DNA from: Candidatus Parcubacteria bacterium
GTDB taxonomy: Bacteria; Patescibacteriota; Saccharimonadia; UBA4664; JBIOIQ01
Reading direction: 5' to 3'
Length of the DNA: 64,000 nucleotides
NCBI GenBank assembly: GCA_963718875.1
Contig: OY970378.1
Coordinates: 1,011,691-1,075,690, forward strand
Shown: positions 54,637 to 63,929 of the stretch, piece by piece
How the letters are laid out: each line of letters opens with the position of its first letter
How positions within the stretch are numbered: position 1 is the first letter of the stretch
The notes under the pieces: generated by a model
Database searches by the model: none
What the model saw: the letters and a program-made list of their open reading frames with translations, nothing else
Told to the model about the DNA's origin: nothing
Position numbers and translations under genes: made by a program

Positions 54637-55722
54637 GTCGCTACCGGCGTAGGTAATGCCGAGGGGTTTGATAATGACTTGTTTGGGTCCTGACTCAACC
54701 CGACCGGCGTCCCAGGCTTTAAAACCAGAATCGGCGGCGGTTTTTAGCACCGTTTTCACGTCTGCCTCTGGCACATAAATAGCGAATCCTGTTCCCATAT
54801 TATAAGTGCCATACATATCTTTAGTGTCATTGCCAGAGTGTTCTTCGATAAGATCGAATACCGGGTCTACTGGTGGTAACTGCGTCATAACATAGCTAAA
54901 TTCACCAGGTGCCCGCATCAGCTTGCGCCAACCATGGCCGCTAACATGAACCATGTAATGAATTTTGACTCCCGCTTTAAAAACATCTTGAACGACTTGG
55001 GCATAAATATGTGACGGCTTGAGAACGGCCTCCCCAAACAGGGTCCCGTCCGGCAATTTTGTGGCATACCCATCAGGCAAATTGTCGGCAACTTTGCGAG
55101 CAAGAGACAGGCCATTAGTATGAATACCATTGCTTTCAATTAACACAATGCGGTCACCCGCCTCAAGTTTGTCTCCCAACACCAGGCGCTCTTTGGGGTT
55201 AATAATTCCAATGCACGCCCCGCCAATATCGATGGTAGTTGGCTCGATTATGCCACTTAAACCCGGTGTTTCTCCCCCGCCCCAGGTAGCTCCAGCATCA
55301 ACGCAGGCATCGCCCCAACCATTTACTAAGTCTCGGGCGCGTTCCACGTCGTCATGCCAGCTTGAGTCCCCTACTCCCCAATAGGCGTTGACTACTAAAG
55401 GCTTGGCTCCAACTACAACCACATCGTTCACAATCGCTGCTACGGCGTCTTTACCAATGGCATCGTAATAGGTTTTACCAGTAACTTGGCGCATCGCATC
55501 GGCCACCAAATTTTTAGTTCCTAAACCTTCTACGACGAAGGCAGAATAACTGTCCCCGGTGTCCCAAACGTAGGCCGATTCACCGCGACTGACTCCGAGC
55601 TCCTTCATCCCAATATTCTCCAGCATCGATGATGTGCCCGCAGCTTTAGCTTGAGCCAAACGTTTCATAGAATCTAGCTGTGAATAATTTACCCCAGACT
55701 CAGCATAGGAAATCTTTTTCAT
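54622..55722 (-). CDS. purM: phosphoribosylformylglycinamidine cyclo-ligase (AIR synthetase), long form
   Basis: PurM-like N- and C-domains (DAIGKDAVAAIVNDVVVVGAKPL ... GIHTNGLSL); start placed at MKKISYAESGVN, but the upstream ATG at 55773 remains possible. Confidence 0.7.
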   Translation of the reverse strand: MKKISYAESGVNYSQLDSMKRLAQAKAAGTSSMLENIGMKELGVSRGESAYVWDTGDSYSAFVVEGLGTKNLVADAMRQVTGKTYYDAIGKDAVAAIVNDVVVVGAKPLVVNAYWGVGDSSWHDDVERARDLVNGWGDACVDAGATWGGGETPGLSGIIEPTTIDIGGACIGIINPKERLVLGDKLEAGDRIVLIESNGIHTNGLSLARKVADNLPDGYATKLPDGTLFGEAVLKPSHIYAQVVQDVFKAGVKIHYMVHVSGHGWRKLMRAPGEFSYVMTQLPPVDPVFDLIEEHSGNDTKDMYGTYNMGTGFAIYVPEADVKTVLKTAADSGFKAWDAGRVESGPKQVIIKPLGITYAGSDLEVR

Positions 55723-55885
55723 TGAATAAAGCTTAACATAAATAGCCTGCTCTCTGATCCTAAGCTCTAACATTATTGCCGTAACTTTTTTAAAAAATCT
55801 TTTTATAATGTCTGTAAGCTATGTCCTTTTTCATGGGCTTTATGGCGCGAGCCATGTCCTTCCAGCTATGCTTTTGCCCACTTCG

Positions 55886-55915
55886 CATTTTCATATCATA
55901 TACGATATGAAAATC
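55886..55915. promoter_or_regulatory. perfect 10-bp inverted repeat ATTTTCATAT-n8-ATATGAAAAT in the purN-purM intergenic region
   Basis: palindrome in an AT-rich about 300-bp spacer upstream of purM on the minus strand; candidate operator. Confidence 0.25.
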
Positions 55916-56026
55916 GCAACTTAGTAAAAGTCTTAGACGAGCCTAATTGTTTAAAAAATGTTTATCCCTGGGATTAACCTTGAGCCTAAAAAAACGATAC
56001 CAACTCTCTTATTAAAAAGTCTTTTG

Positions 56027-56617
56027 TTATTTCAAGACTAAATTACCAGCCAAAATATCGCGAACGACTTGCGGATACAATTTGCGCTCTTCGGCCTTAA
56101 TCCGCTCCCACAACATTTCGACATCATCGCCCGGAAACACCGGAACAGTTTTTTGAGCTACAATGGAGCGTGAATTATCTACATCAGCAGTCGCCACATG
56201 GATAGTACAGCCGGTTTCGACCACTCGCGCATCCAGCGCCGCTTGAATCACGTGTTTACCATACAAGCCCTTAAAGGCCGGTAATAATGCGGGGTGGGTG
56301 TTTAGTAACATTCCGGCATACTTATCAAAAAAAGCGGATCCTAAAATAGTGTCAAAACCGGCCATGGCCGTCAGGCTAATGCCGACTTTATTCAATATTG
56401 ATGCTACTTTAACGGAAAAACCCGGACGGTCCCAAGCAGCTCCATGAGCAAAACCAAACTTTCGACGGTCTACAATTATAACCGGAATACCCGCAGCTTC
56501 AGCAATTTCAATTGCCCTGCAAGCCCGATCGGCTAGAACAAGATCTGGCCTCATCGCTTCCGCAATCATTGACTCCAAGATTGTGCCGCTACCAGATACG
56601 AGTACTGCCCATTTCAT
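56027..56617 (-). CDS. purN: phosphoribosylglycinamide formyltransferase
   Basis: 196 aa; formyl-transferase N-terminal fold; MKWAVLVSGSG start; folate-binding loop region present. Confidence 0.75.
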   Translation of the reverse strand: MKWAVLVSGSGTILESMIAEAMRPDLVLADRACRAIEIAEAAGIPVIIVDRRKFGFAHGAAWDRPGFSVKVASILNKVGISLTAMAGFDTILGSAFFDKYAGMLLNTHPALLPAFKGLYGKHVIQAALDARVVETGCTIHVATADVDNSRSIVAQKTVPVFPGDDVEMLWERIKAEERKLYPQVVRDILAGNLVLK

Positions 56618-56669
56618 GCTAGTACTATACTAAACCGCAAGCTAAATCAAAATAGCTATTTAACCTAGC

Positions 56670-56822
56670 TTAAAGGCCTTTTTTACGACCCGTTACCATG
56701 TTGTATATGAACACAACCAGCGCCACTACAAGCAACAAGTGGATTAGCCCGCTGGAAATATGAAACGCTAAAAAGCCCAGCAACCATAAAATAACTAATA
56801 CTGCGGCGATTGTGGTAAGCAT
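56670..56822 (-). CDS. lmo0937-family small membrane protein (50 aa), absent from the ORF track
   Basis: AGAGGTG SD 6 nt before ATG; MLTTIAAVLVILWLLGFLAFHISSGLIHLLLVVALVVFIYNMVTGRKKGL closely matches the lmo0937-family consensus. Confidence 0.55.
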   Translation of the reverse strand: MLTTIAAVLVILWLLGFLAFHISSGLIHLLLVVALVVFIYNMVTGRKKGL

Positions 56823-57079
56823 GGTACGCACCTCTTGTTAATTACAATTTAATTATAAGCCAAGCAAGCATCATATCCATTAGGCATAATTACAATTAAG
56901 GCTCATTTTTGTGTGGGAATATTGCCTAGGGGAAGATTATTAGGGCAATGGCTAGAGCCGCGATCACACCTAATATGGAAATACAGCACCCCTCAGCCGC
57001 AAGCTCCAGCGGTTGGCTGGGATACTTGCGAACTGAGGGGTTGAGGGATGAGAGCGGGGTGTATCGGACTTGCATGGTG

Positions 57080-57361
57080 CTAGGCTGCCTCGACGCCGTC
57101 GACATGGACGGTGAACGGGAAGTCATGAGCCATATCGGCTTCGAACCTCAGCCTTTCAGCGATGAACTTGGGACTTTCACCTGTAAACACGCTGAGTGCC
57201 GTAATTAGTCCGGTGACCTCTCCAGATTCTTGGCCGGCTCGAAAACCTGTACGCCACTCCACTGATGGCCCTTGTGGTCCATCGGGAGCAACAGTGAGTC
57301 CGGCTCTCTGAGTGCTGAGTGCATTGAGGAGAAAGCCTTCGATTATGGCCTCGACGCTCAT
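57080..57361 (-). CDS. hypothetical protein (GC-rich islet, second gene of a 2-gene operon)
   Basis: ATGA stop/start overlap with the upstream gene; 93 aa. Confidence 0.35.
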   Translation of the reverse strand: MSVEAIIEGFLLNALSTQRAGLTVAPDGPQGPSVEWRTGFRAGQESGEVTGLITALSVFTGESPKFIAERLRFEADMAHDFPFTVHVDGVEAA

Positions 57362-57549
57362 GACGCCGCCGGTCGGTCCGCTATCTTGTCCTGCAGTGTA
57401 CGCAGGTGGGCCAGTACTGCCGGTATCAGCGAGTTGTCGTGGCCTCTGGGGCAACGGGAGTGAGGATTGGTGTCATGAGCCGGTGGGGCGACTAGGTCGG
57501 CCGGAAGCCAACAGGTGGGGCAGGGTATGGTCTCCTCGTCAAAAGACAT
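57358..57549 (-). CDS. small Cys/His-motif protein (possible zinc-ribbon), GC-rich islet
   Basis: AAGGAAAG SD 5 nt before ATG; MSFDEETIPCPTCW...HSRCPRGH; 63 aa. Confidence 0.35.
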   Translation of the reverse strand: MSFDEETIPCPTCWLPADLVAPPAHDTNPHSRCPRGHDNSLIPAVLAHLRTLQDKIADRPAAS

Positions 57550-57818
57550 AGCTTCTTTCCTTTCTAGTCCGTTCCGGTGGAACGTAGGGTCTAGCGGAAT
57601 ACTACAGACTCTCGTGTTGATCTTAAGAGAATTTGCAGCTTGGTCCTTGTGAAAAATCATAAGTACAAAGCTACAAATGCTCCACCTGTCAAAAAGCGCA
57701 TTAGAGCCCAAAGTTAGCACAACAGCTATAAAAAGGCAATGCTTTTGCTAGGTTTGCCACATAGAAAACAGCAAGCTTTAAAAAGAAAAAAGCGCCAAAA
57801 AGTCGTACAATAAAATTA

Positions 57819-59279
57819 ATGAACCGAACGATGACGATTATAAAACTCATGACCTGGGCCATTTCCACCTACATGCGGGGCGAAAAGTTGCAGTTTATGC
57901 AAGGTAGCCACCGCCTCGAAAAACTGGGTGGGATTTACATTAAGTTTTTGCAAATTATTGTCCTCAACCTTGACCCCAACGACCAGAAAGATTATGAAGA
58001 GTTGTTGTCGGTATATGAACACAGCCAACCTGACGAGCTGGACATCCGTCAGTATCTGCGTCGTCAGCTACCAGAGCATAAGCTGGCTCAGTTTGAGTCG
58101 ATCGAGACTAGGCCATTTGCCACCGGTTCATTTGGACAAGTGTACCGTGGCAAACTTAAAACGGGCGAGCAAGTAGTTATTAAGATCTTGCGACCCAGTG
58201 TGCAAAAATACCTTTATTATGATTTGAGATTGCTGGCAATTTTTAGCCGCCTATATAACTTAGCCGGTCGACGCAATGTCATAAACATGCGCACCGTTTA
58301 CAAGCGTTTCAAACAAACTTGTCTGGAGGAAACAGATTATGTGCGTGAGGCCACTGTTGCCACCATGTATTACGACAAATTTCGTGAGCACCCATACCTA
58401 GTAATCCCTAAGACCTTTACCGAAATTAGCAACAGTCGAGTTTTAGTACAGGATTATCTAGAGGGCATTTCGGTAACCGAAATGCTAGCTGTCCAAACAA
58501 GCACAAAAAATGCTCGTGAACAGGTGGCCGAGCGCTTGGGTAGCGATATATTGTGGCAACTGCGGGTCGTGGGGACAGAATTGTTGGGCCAAGCCGTTAC
58601 GGGTGATATTATGCATGCCGATCCCCATCCTGGGAACATAATCTTGCTACCGAACAATCACGTGGCTTTGATTGATTTCGGTATGTCCACGCACTTATCT
58701 AAAAACCGTTACGCTTTTTACCAAATGTTGGTGCAGTATGTGGCCTTTTATTCAGACGAGTTGGCGATTGGTGACTTTGGGTTAAGTGCTTTGCACTTTT
58801 TACAACCGGATCTATTTGACGCCATTGATCAAGCAGACAAATCGGGTCTAATAGCCACGCGTAAACCGATTATAGATAAGGTTGGTGAAGCTGTTGATAG
58901 TATTTTTCATGATAAGACAAACCAAGCGGTCATCGATCAACTATTAAAACGCAAAATGATTATGCGGGTGCTGTTTTTCACTATAAATAAAGGCAACCGC
59001 TTCGGTTTTAGCTTTGACATGGAGGCGATTAACCTTATAAAAGCCTCACAAAATTTTTCTGTCCTGGCCTATCAATTTGATCCCGAAGGCGAGATGGTGC
59101 GAGAGGTTTTACGTGATGTGGTAAAAATTGCCGAAGACAATTTAGAGTTAGTAGTGGATATGAAAAAATCTCCGGCTGATCCATCTAAGGCACTTGAAGA
59201 TCTGTCGGTTTGGCTCGACAAAGTTGGTCGTAACGACCCATGGCTAATGGACCAACTGGCCGTGGGATATTGGCGCTAA
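57819..59279 (+). CDS. ABC1/UbiB/AarF-family atypical protein kinase
   Basis: ATGSFGQVYRG, HADPHPGNI and DFG motifs. Confidence 0.7.
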   Translation: MNRTMTIIKLMTWAISTYMRGEKLQFMQGSHRLEKLGGIYIKFLQIIVLNLDPNDQKDYEELLSVYEHSQPDELDIRQYLRRQLPEHKLAQFESIETRPFATGSFGQVYRGKLKTGEQVVIKILRPSVQKYLYYDLRLLAIFSRLYNLAGRRNVINMRTVYKRFKQTCLEETDYVREATVATMYYDKFREHPYLVIPKTFTEISNSRVLVQDYLEGISVTEMLAVQTSTKNAREQVAERLGSDILWQLRVVGTELLGQAVTGDIMHADPHPGNIILLPNNHVALIDFGMSTHLSKNRYAFYQMLVQYVAFYSDELAIGDFGLSALHFLQPDLFDAIDQADKSGLIATRKPIIDKVGEAVDSIFHDKTNQAVIDQLLKRKMIMRVLFFTINKGNRFGFSFDMEAINLIKASQNFSVLAYQFDPEGEMVREVLRDVVKIAEDNLELVVDMKKSPADPSKALEDLSVWLDKVGRNDPWLMDQLAVGYWR

Positions 59280-59346
59280 ACAATATTGATTTATAACCCA
59301 GGAGGCTTCGCAAGCACCATAATGCATCAGAGCCGGGGCATAGTAA

Positions 59347-59811
59347 CTATATAGGCTGATTAATAATACTTTTTAACGGCATGTCGCCATGAGCATAAAA
59401 AGTAATTTTCCGGTCTCTTGAGATCCCCACCACACTCCTCCGGATTACTTTAATGGGACCAAATGAAAAAAGGCTGTCGTACTTTTTAGAGACTTCGTAG
59501 CCCTCGTCGGATAGTAATGGGAGATTAAGACGCTGCTTGTCAGCAAATCGCTTATGGGATTCAGCGCTGGCATTGTTTATGCCCCAAGCAACTAGATTGT
59601 ACTTATGGAATAGGGTCAGCTCGTCATTAATTGTACATAGCTGTTTAGTACAGGAAGGAGATTGATCATAGGGGTAGAAAAATAAAAAGACTCTTTTCTG
59701 CCGAAGTGTCTCGTATAAGTTCCTCACTTGACCTGATTGATCTTGCAGGCTAAAGTCAGGAGCTATTTTCCCAATTGCTGGGTTCGCTAAGGCGGCGTTA
59801 AAGATGGACAT
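59347..59811 (-). CDS. bcp: peroxiredoxin (Bcp-type), paralog of 26294-26746
   Basis: FFYPYDQSPSCT motif; shares the identical block FGPIKVIRRSVVGI with the first paralog. Confidence 0.7.
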   Translation of the reverse strand: MSIFNAALANPAIGKIAPDFSLQDQSGQVRNLYETLRQKRVFLFFYPYDQSPSCTKQLCTINDELTLFHKYNLVAWGINNASAESHKRFADKQRLNLPLLSDEGYEVSKKYDSLFSFGPIKVIRRSVVGISRDRKITFYAHGDMPLKSIINQPI

Positions 59812-60241
59812 CAGAACTTACTTTTCTGTCAGGTTCATAGACGACTACAGTTATTGAAAGTTTGGGATTTAAATGATCATGAAAGTTGAATGTGCCAGTT
59901 TGGCTAAATTGAACCCTGTACGCTTCTGAAGGCCCAAAAACACCCGAATCTTTGCCATTTACTTGATGCTCATGAACACCCATATGAGTTTGATGGTGGG
60001 CTTCGTTATCGCCGCTACCCTGGCTCATTTGATGCTGCTTGCCATCTCTTGCATTAAACTGAACATACTGACCTTTTACGACTGCTATGACATTAGGGTC
60101 AGCTCCATGGCTGGTGAGATTCACGTGGTGAATTGATTTACTGTTTTTTGATGCCATTGTTTGTGCAGCCAGAAACCCAAGTCCACCAAAGGCTGCCAGG
60201 CTGCCGGCGGCGACTAATATTTGAAGTTTAGCTAATTTCAT
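59798..60241 (-). CDS. cupredoxin-like secreted protein with a His-rich insert (HHQTHMGVHEH)
   Basis: signal peptide; cupredoxin-like beta pattern (VAVVKGQYVQFNARDG ... GTFNFHDHLNP). Confidence 0.45.
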   Translation of the reverse strand: MKLAKLQILVAAGSLAAFGGLGFLAAQTMASKNSKSIHHVNLTSHGADPNVIAVVKGQYVQFNARDGKQHQMSQGSGDNEAHHQTHMGVHEHQVNGKDSGVFGPSEAYRVQFSQTGTFNFHDHLNPKLSITVVVYEPDRKVSSDVHL

Positions 60242-60672
60242 TCAGTCACCTCCACAACCCCTTTCATGTACGGATGGGGACTACAGTGATATTTATATGT
60301 TCCGGCACTCGCAAATGTGAACTGATAAGTTTCATTTTTACCAAATAACGGTCCATCCAGTTTTTTTGCAGGCTGACCGTCATCAAATGCTACATTGTGC
60401 TTGGCTGTATCGGTATTAGTCCAGGTCACAGTAGTGCCTTTTTTGACCTTCAGAGGATTGGGGTTAAAAGTATAGTCCTGTATTACAACACTTTTAGCGT
60501 CGGCGGGCTGGGTTGTTCCAGCTTTTGGGGTGCTGCCCATTTTGTCTATTTTAGAGTGGTTAGATAGGCTACTAAACGCCACCACCACGCCTATCACCAA
60601 AACAAGGCCAAGGAATGTAAATATAATTGCTTTTCTATTCAATGTGTCTCCTTTCACAACCAGGAGCCACAA
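60238..60672 (-). CDS. cupredoxin-like copper-binding protein (plastocyanin/EfeO-N-like)
   Basis: TVTWTNTDTAKHNVAF ... AGTYKYHCSPHPYMKGVVEV type-1 copper-site pattern (H...C..H...M). Confidence 0.6.
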   Translation of the reverse strand: MWLLVVKGDTLNRKAIIFTFLGLVLVIGVVVAFSSLSNHSKIDKMGSTPKAGTTQPADAKSVVIQDYTFNPNPLKVKKGTTVTWTNTDTAKHNVAFDDGQPAKKLDGPLFGKNETYQFTFASAGTYKYHCSPHPYMKGVVEVTE

Positions 60673-60696
60673 GTTGGCTCCTGGTTACATTTAAGT

Positions 60697-61392
60697 CTAG
60701 AACTTATCTGGGCTTTGCTTAACAATTGCACCGCTAATAGCATCGGCAATTTTACCTACCTGTTCGCTGGCTTCGTGCTGTTTGGCATACGAACCGGCAA
60801 AGTCTTTGGCTCCATAGGTATCGACTGTTGTCTTGAGTAAGCCAATGTGGTCAGTAATTAGCTGGTGCACCGCTTCTCGGGGTAGATTTGGGTTGGCCCC
60901 GCTTAGAAAGTCGGAAATCGCGTCTGCATAACCACCAAGGTTAGTAACAGCTTTGTCCATTCCGGCCTTATCGCCGCCCTTGGCTGCAACTGTGTAGTCT
61001 ACAAAGAAGCCAATATGGCTACGCCAGATCTCCAAAAACTTTGTTTCTGCTTTAGCACCGTAAACACTGCCTACAGCCTTTGCCAATGATACCGAGTTGG
61101 CATCAAGCGCATCAGCTGAGGCTTTAAAGTCGGCGCTGCCGTCAAAACCGTTGCGGGTGGCAGCCGACGCCAGGTCAACGTGCTCCCTCTCTAAGGCATT
61201 TAATACAACCCGCAAGTCAGCGGCTTTAGTAGCCGTGTCAGGCTGACTAGAGGTAGCTGTTTTGGTGTTTACATCATCGTTATTCACCATGGCTTTGGCA
61301 ATACCAAATCCTAGAGCCAAACCAACAATGGCGGTTATAATACTCACCATCATTACCGGTGCTGTTCCCTTACTATTACTATCTTGTTCCAT
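60697..61392 (-). CDS. hypothetical membrane-anchored helical protein
   Basis: 231 aa with N-terminal TM helix and an Ala/Asp-rich helical body; no family recognised. Confidence 0.45.
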   Translation of the reverse strand: MEQDSNSKGTAPVMMVSIITAIVGLALGFGIAKAMVNNDDVNTKTATSSQPDTATKAADLRVVLNALEREHVDLASAATRNGFDGSADFKASADALDANSVSLAKAVGSVYGAKAETKFLEIWRSHIGFFVDYTVAAKGGDKAGMDKAVTNLGGYADAISDFLSGANPNLPREAVHQLITDHIGLLKTTVDTYGAKDFAGSYAKQHEASEQVGKIADAISGAIVKQSPDKF

Positions 61393-61558
61393 ACTGCCTC
61401 CTTAAGCTAATTTATTTAGCTATATTAATTAAGTAACTTAAATGTTACACTGGTATTTGTTCATCGTCAATAAACATTAATACCTACTGAATGGGTGCAT
61501 CGCTGCAACTTTTTTGGCAAATTGCCCAAGTTAAAAATTAAATGGTACTATTTCCACT

Positions 61559-62011
61559 ATGGATATGAGTAAAATTTCTACATACCAAATTGGCCTTATC
61601 CAGGCTCAAGCTTACCGCTATTTACAGGTGCAGTTTCAGGCTGCACTTGCGCCTTTCGAATTAACCATTCCTGAATGGTCACTTTTGGGGTTGCTTTATG
61701 ACAACAAGGAAATGAATCTAACTCAAATTACTCAGGCTTTAAAAACTAAAGCCTCACATCCTACGGTGCTGGTTGATCAATTGGAAAAGCGTGGGTTGGT
61801 TAGTAGGAGCCTGCATAGAAAAGATAAACGTACCAAGATAGTTTCGTTAACAGCCAAGGGCAAGGATCTTGTCCCTAATGTTGAAATGCAGGCTAGGGTA
61901 CGCATTGGTTTGGCCGTTGGACATATTGATCGCGAGCTGCTTGAAGACTATTTTAAAGCCCTTCAAATGCTAGCAGCAGGCCGCCCAACCGAAGTTGTTT
62001 TTAAAGATTAG
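61559..62011 (+). CDS. MarR family transcriptional regulator
   Basis: winged HTH (LTQITQALKTKASHPTVLVDQLEKRGLVSRSLHRKDKRTKIVSLTAKG); GTAAC-n6-GTTAC inverted repeat in its upstream region at 61433-61448. Confidence 0.7.
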   Translation: MDMSKISTYQIGLIQAQAYRYLQVQFQAALAPFELTIPEWSLLGLLYDNKEMNLTQITQALKTKASHPTVLVDQLEKRGLVSRSLHRKDKRTKIVSLTAKGKDLVPNVEMQARVRIGLAVGHIDRELLEDYFKALQMLAAGRPTEVVFKD

Positions 62012-62083
62012 GGTAAACGCGACTATCACTTTCGACCCACAAAACAAAGCAGTCCTGCTTAAAGAAGTTTGTTTTTGCAGCCA

Positions 62084-63034
62084 CTAGCTAGCCCTAGCCA
62101 TTATATTTCTAATAGCAGCGAGCGTACCCTTAGCTTCTTCTACTTCTTCATTTTCAGTTTCAATGGCTAAGTCACTAATCTTTTCTAGACTCTTTAGTAA
62201 TGTTGCTAATCTTTGATCTACCCTTATCCCAGTTTTTTTCTCATATAAAGCAGCAGCCATTTCGAGCATTCCATGATCCTGATCCCAATCTCCGATGGCA
62301 AACTCTCTAGGTAAAGGACCTACCTCAACATCAGTCCAATCTATTAGCCCTGTAACTCGCTTGCTATCAGGATCAATGAGCATGTTCTGGTATTGCAGAT
62401 CGTTATGAAGGACAACCATATATTGGCTTGATGAGTCGATTGCAAGCGCAGCTTCAATAGTATCGTGAGCAAAATTTAATACTTCGGGCGGCATAGCTGG
62501 CAAATCGAATATTCGTTTAGCTTCGTCAGTTGAAATGATGAATTTTGGTAAGTTCAACTCAGCAGCCGTAGCGAGTGAAATGCCTTGATGGATTGCAACG
62601 GCGATAGTCACCCAATCCTTAACAATTTGGGCTTTTTCTAGATCGGTTAGATGGGGTAATGCTTTCTGTAATATCTTTCCTGGCAATTTCTTGTAACCAA
62701 AGTAGGCATTTTCTGGAGCAATATACTTTGGTGTAGGGATTTCTACAGGGAGTTGTCCCTGAAGATGCCTGAGTATGGTTGTTTCTCGAGCTACGCTATC
62801 TTCGGATTGTGTGTGAATACCTAAAGGAATTCGAAAGACTAAGTCATGATTGACTTCTATGGCCGCATGATGCCAACCTTTGCCAATTATACTGACTGTT
62901 TGAATATCTAAGTCAGGAAAGTCCGCGCTAAGCCTATCTTGATAGCCCAATACTTCTGGCTCTAGATTTTCTATAACAGGATTCTCTGTATCGTTTTCTT
63001 TCACTTCGTACTCCGATTGCATATCAACGTCCAC
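62084..63034 (-). CDS. aminoglycoside/choline-kinase-like phosphotransferase (APH family)
   Basis: HNDLQYQNMLIDPDSKRVTGLIDWTDVEVGP catalytic-loop and DFG-like region. Confidence 0.6.
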   Translation of the reverse strand: MDVDMQSEYEVKENDTENPVIENLEPEVLGYQDRLSADFPDLDIQTVSIIGKGWHHAAIEVNHDLVFRIPLGIHTQSEDSVARETTILRHLQGQLPVEIPTPKYIAPENAYFGYKKLPGKILQKALPHLTDLEKAQIVKDWVTIAVAIHQGISLATAAELNLPKFIISTDEAKRIFDLPAMPPEVLNFAHDTIEAALAIDSSSQYMVVLHNDLQYQNMLIDPDSKRVTGLIDWTDVEVGPLPREFAIGDWDQDHGMLEMAAALYEKKTGIRVDQRLATLLKSLEKISDLAIETENEEVEEAKGTLAAIRNIMARAS

Positions 63035-63118
63035 CTGGATGCCTTAAGGTTGATGGTTCTTTTCGCTCATAAGCTTATCTTAAAAGAGTTGTTTTACCAA
63101 TTACTAGTTAGGCTCAAC

Positions 63119-63176
63119 CCATCCTCTTCAAAACAAAAACCCCAGCTTACGCTGAGGTTTTTGTTTTGGGGCCGTG
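63119..63176. repeat. 58-bp direct repeat copy 1 containing a terminator-like hairpin (CCATCCTCTTCAAAACAAAAACCCCAGCTTACGCTGAGGTTTTTGTTTTGGGGCCGT)
   Basis: 55/58 identical to 63930-63987; hairpin CAAAAACC-CAGC/GCTG-AGGTTTTTG with T-runs on both sides. Confidence 0.6.
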
Positions 63177-63223
63177 TGGTAGGTGGTGTCAGAACAATTT
63201 TTGTTGATTGGATGAGCTAATCT

Positions 63224-63775
63224 TCATTCCTGAACTCGCCGAACTGGCGTAAGTGAGCCGACTATCGACTGTCCGTTATCTTTGGATTGCGCGATGGAAT
63301 CAAAAGTTGTCTTGTCGACAAAGTATACGTCGACACCTTGACCAATCATTGCTTCAAGTCCAGACTCATATTCTTCTTTGCCCAATGGCTTAACAGCTTG
63401 ATGACTTGTCCACTCAGTTTCGCTCATATTCCGTTCTGGGTGAAATGAAAATGATTGACTGGGTAAGTGATAAATTGCCCCACCTTTGTCTGCTCGCCTA
63501 AACCTTTCCTCGTCACTAACAACAACTTTCCACGGGCCAGGAACGCCATAAGTAGAATACCGCCCAATTATTACCCAACTATCATCACTTGGGACTAGGA
63601 AGCACGACGCGTAAGCTTTGTCCGGCGTGGCAAAAACAACAGGCCCCTCAAGCGGGTCTCTGACCTTTTTATTTCGAGGCTCGAATTCCTTAATATCTTT
63701 ATTCCTCGAGGAGTGAAAAAGGACTTTCGGCTTTGCAGCTTCAGAGCCAGTAGTTAAGTCTGGTTTTAATATCAT
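63224..63775 (-). CDS. hypothetical protein (183 aa) bracketed by the 58-bp direct repeats
   Basis: ORF with no recognised family. Confidence 0.45.
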   Translation of the reverse strand: MILKPDLTTGSEAAKPKVLFHSSRNKDIKEFEPRNKKVRDPLEGPVVFATPDKAYASCFLVPSDDSWVIIGRYSTYGVPGPWKVVVSDEERFRRADKGGAIYHLPSQSFSFHPERNMSETEWTSHQAVKPLGKEEYESGLEAMIGQGVDVYFVDKTTFDSIAQSKDNGQSIVGSLTPVRRVQE

Positions 63776-63891
63776 TGACTAATACTATCAAAAAGTTCGA
63801 TTACCCATCAGGGGTAACAAAAATAATCACTTAGCGAAGGGATTATTTTATGGGGCGAGTGATCCTTCGACTACGCTCAGGATTTAGAATG

Positions 63892-63927
63892 GGCTCCCCG
63901 GATCGTCGCCTGAGAGTAAACTTCTCG
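63892..63927. repeat. diverged copy 3 of the tRNA-associated end motif (GGCTCCCCGGATCGTCGCCTGAGAGTAAACTTCTCGC)
   Basis: shares CTCCCCGG and GTAAACTTCTCG with copies at 29270-29307 and 37451-37487. Confidence 0.4.
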
Positions 63928-63929
63928 CA

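Noticed and set aside
55780-56030. Purine (guanine/adenine) riboswitch or ZTP riboswitch upstream of purM, purL or glyA
   Set aside because: By eye, none of the conserved cores (for example the GGAUAUGG...GUUUCUACC-type purine aptamer, or the pfl/ZTP consensus) is present. Only simple palindromes were found.
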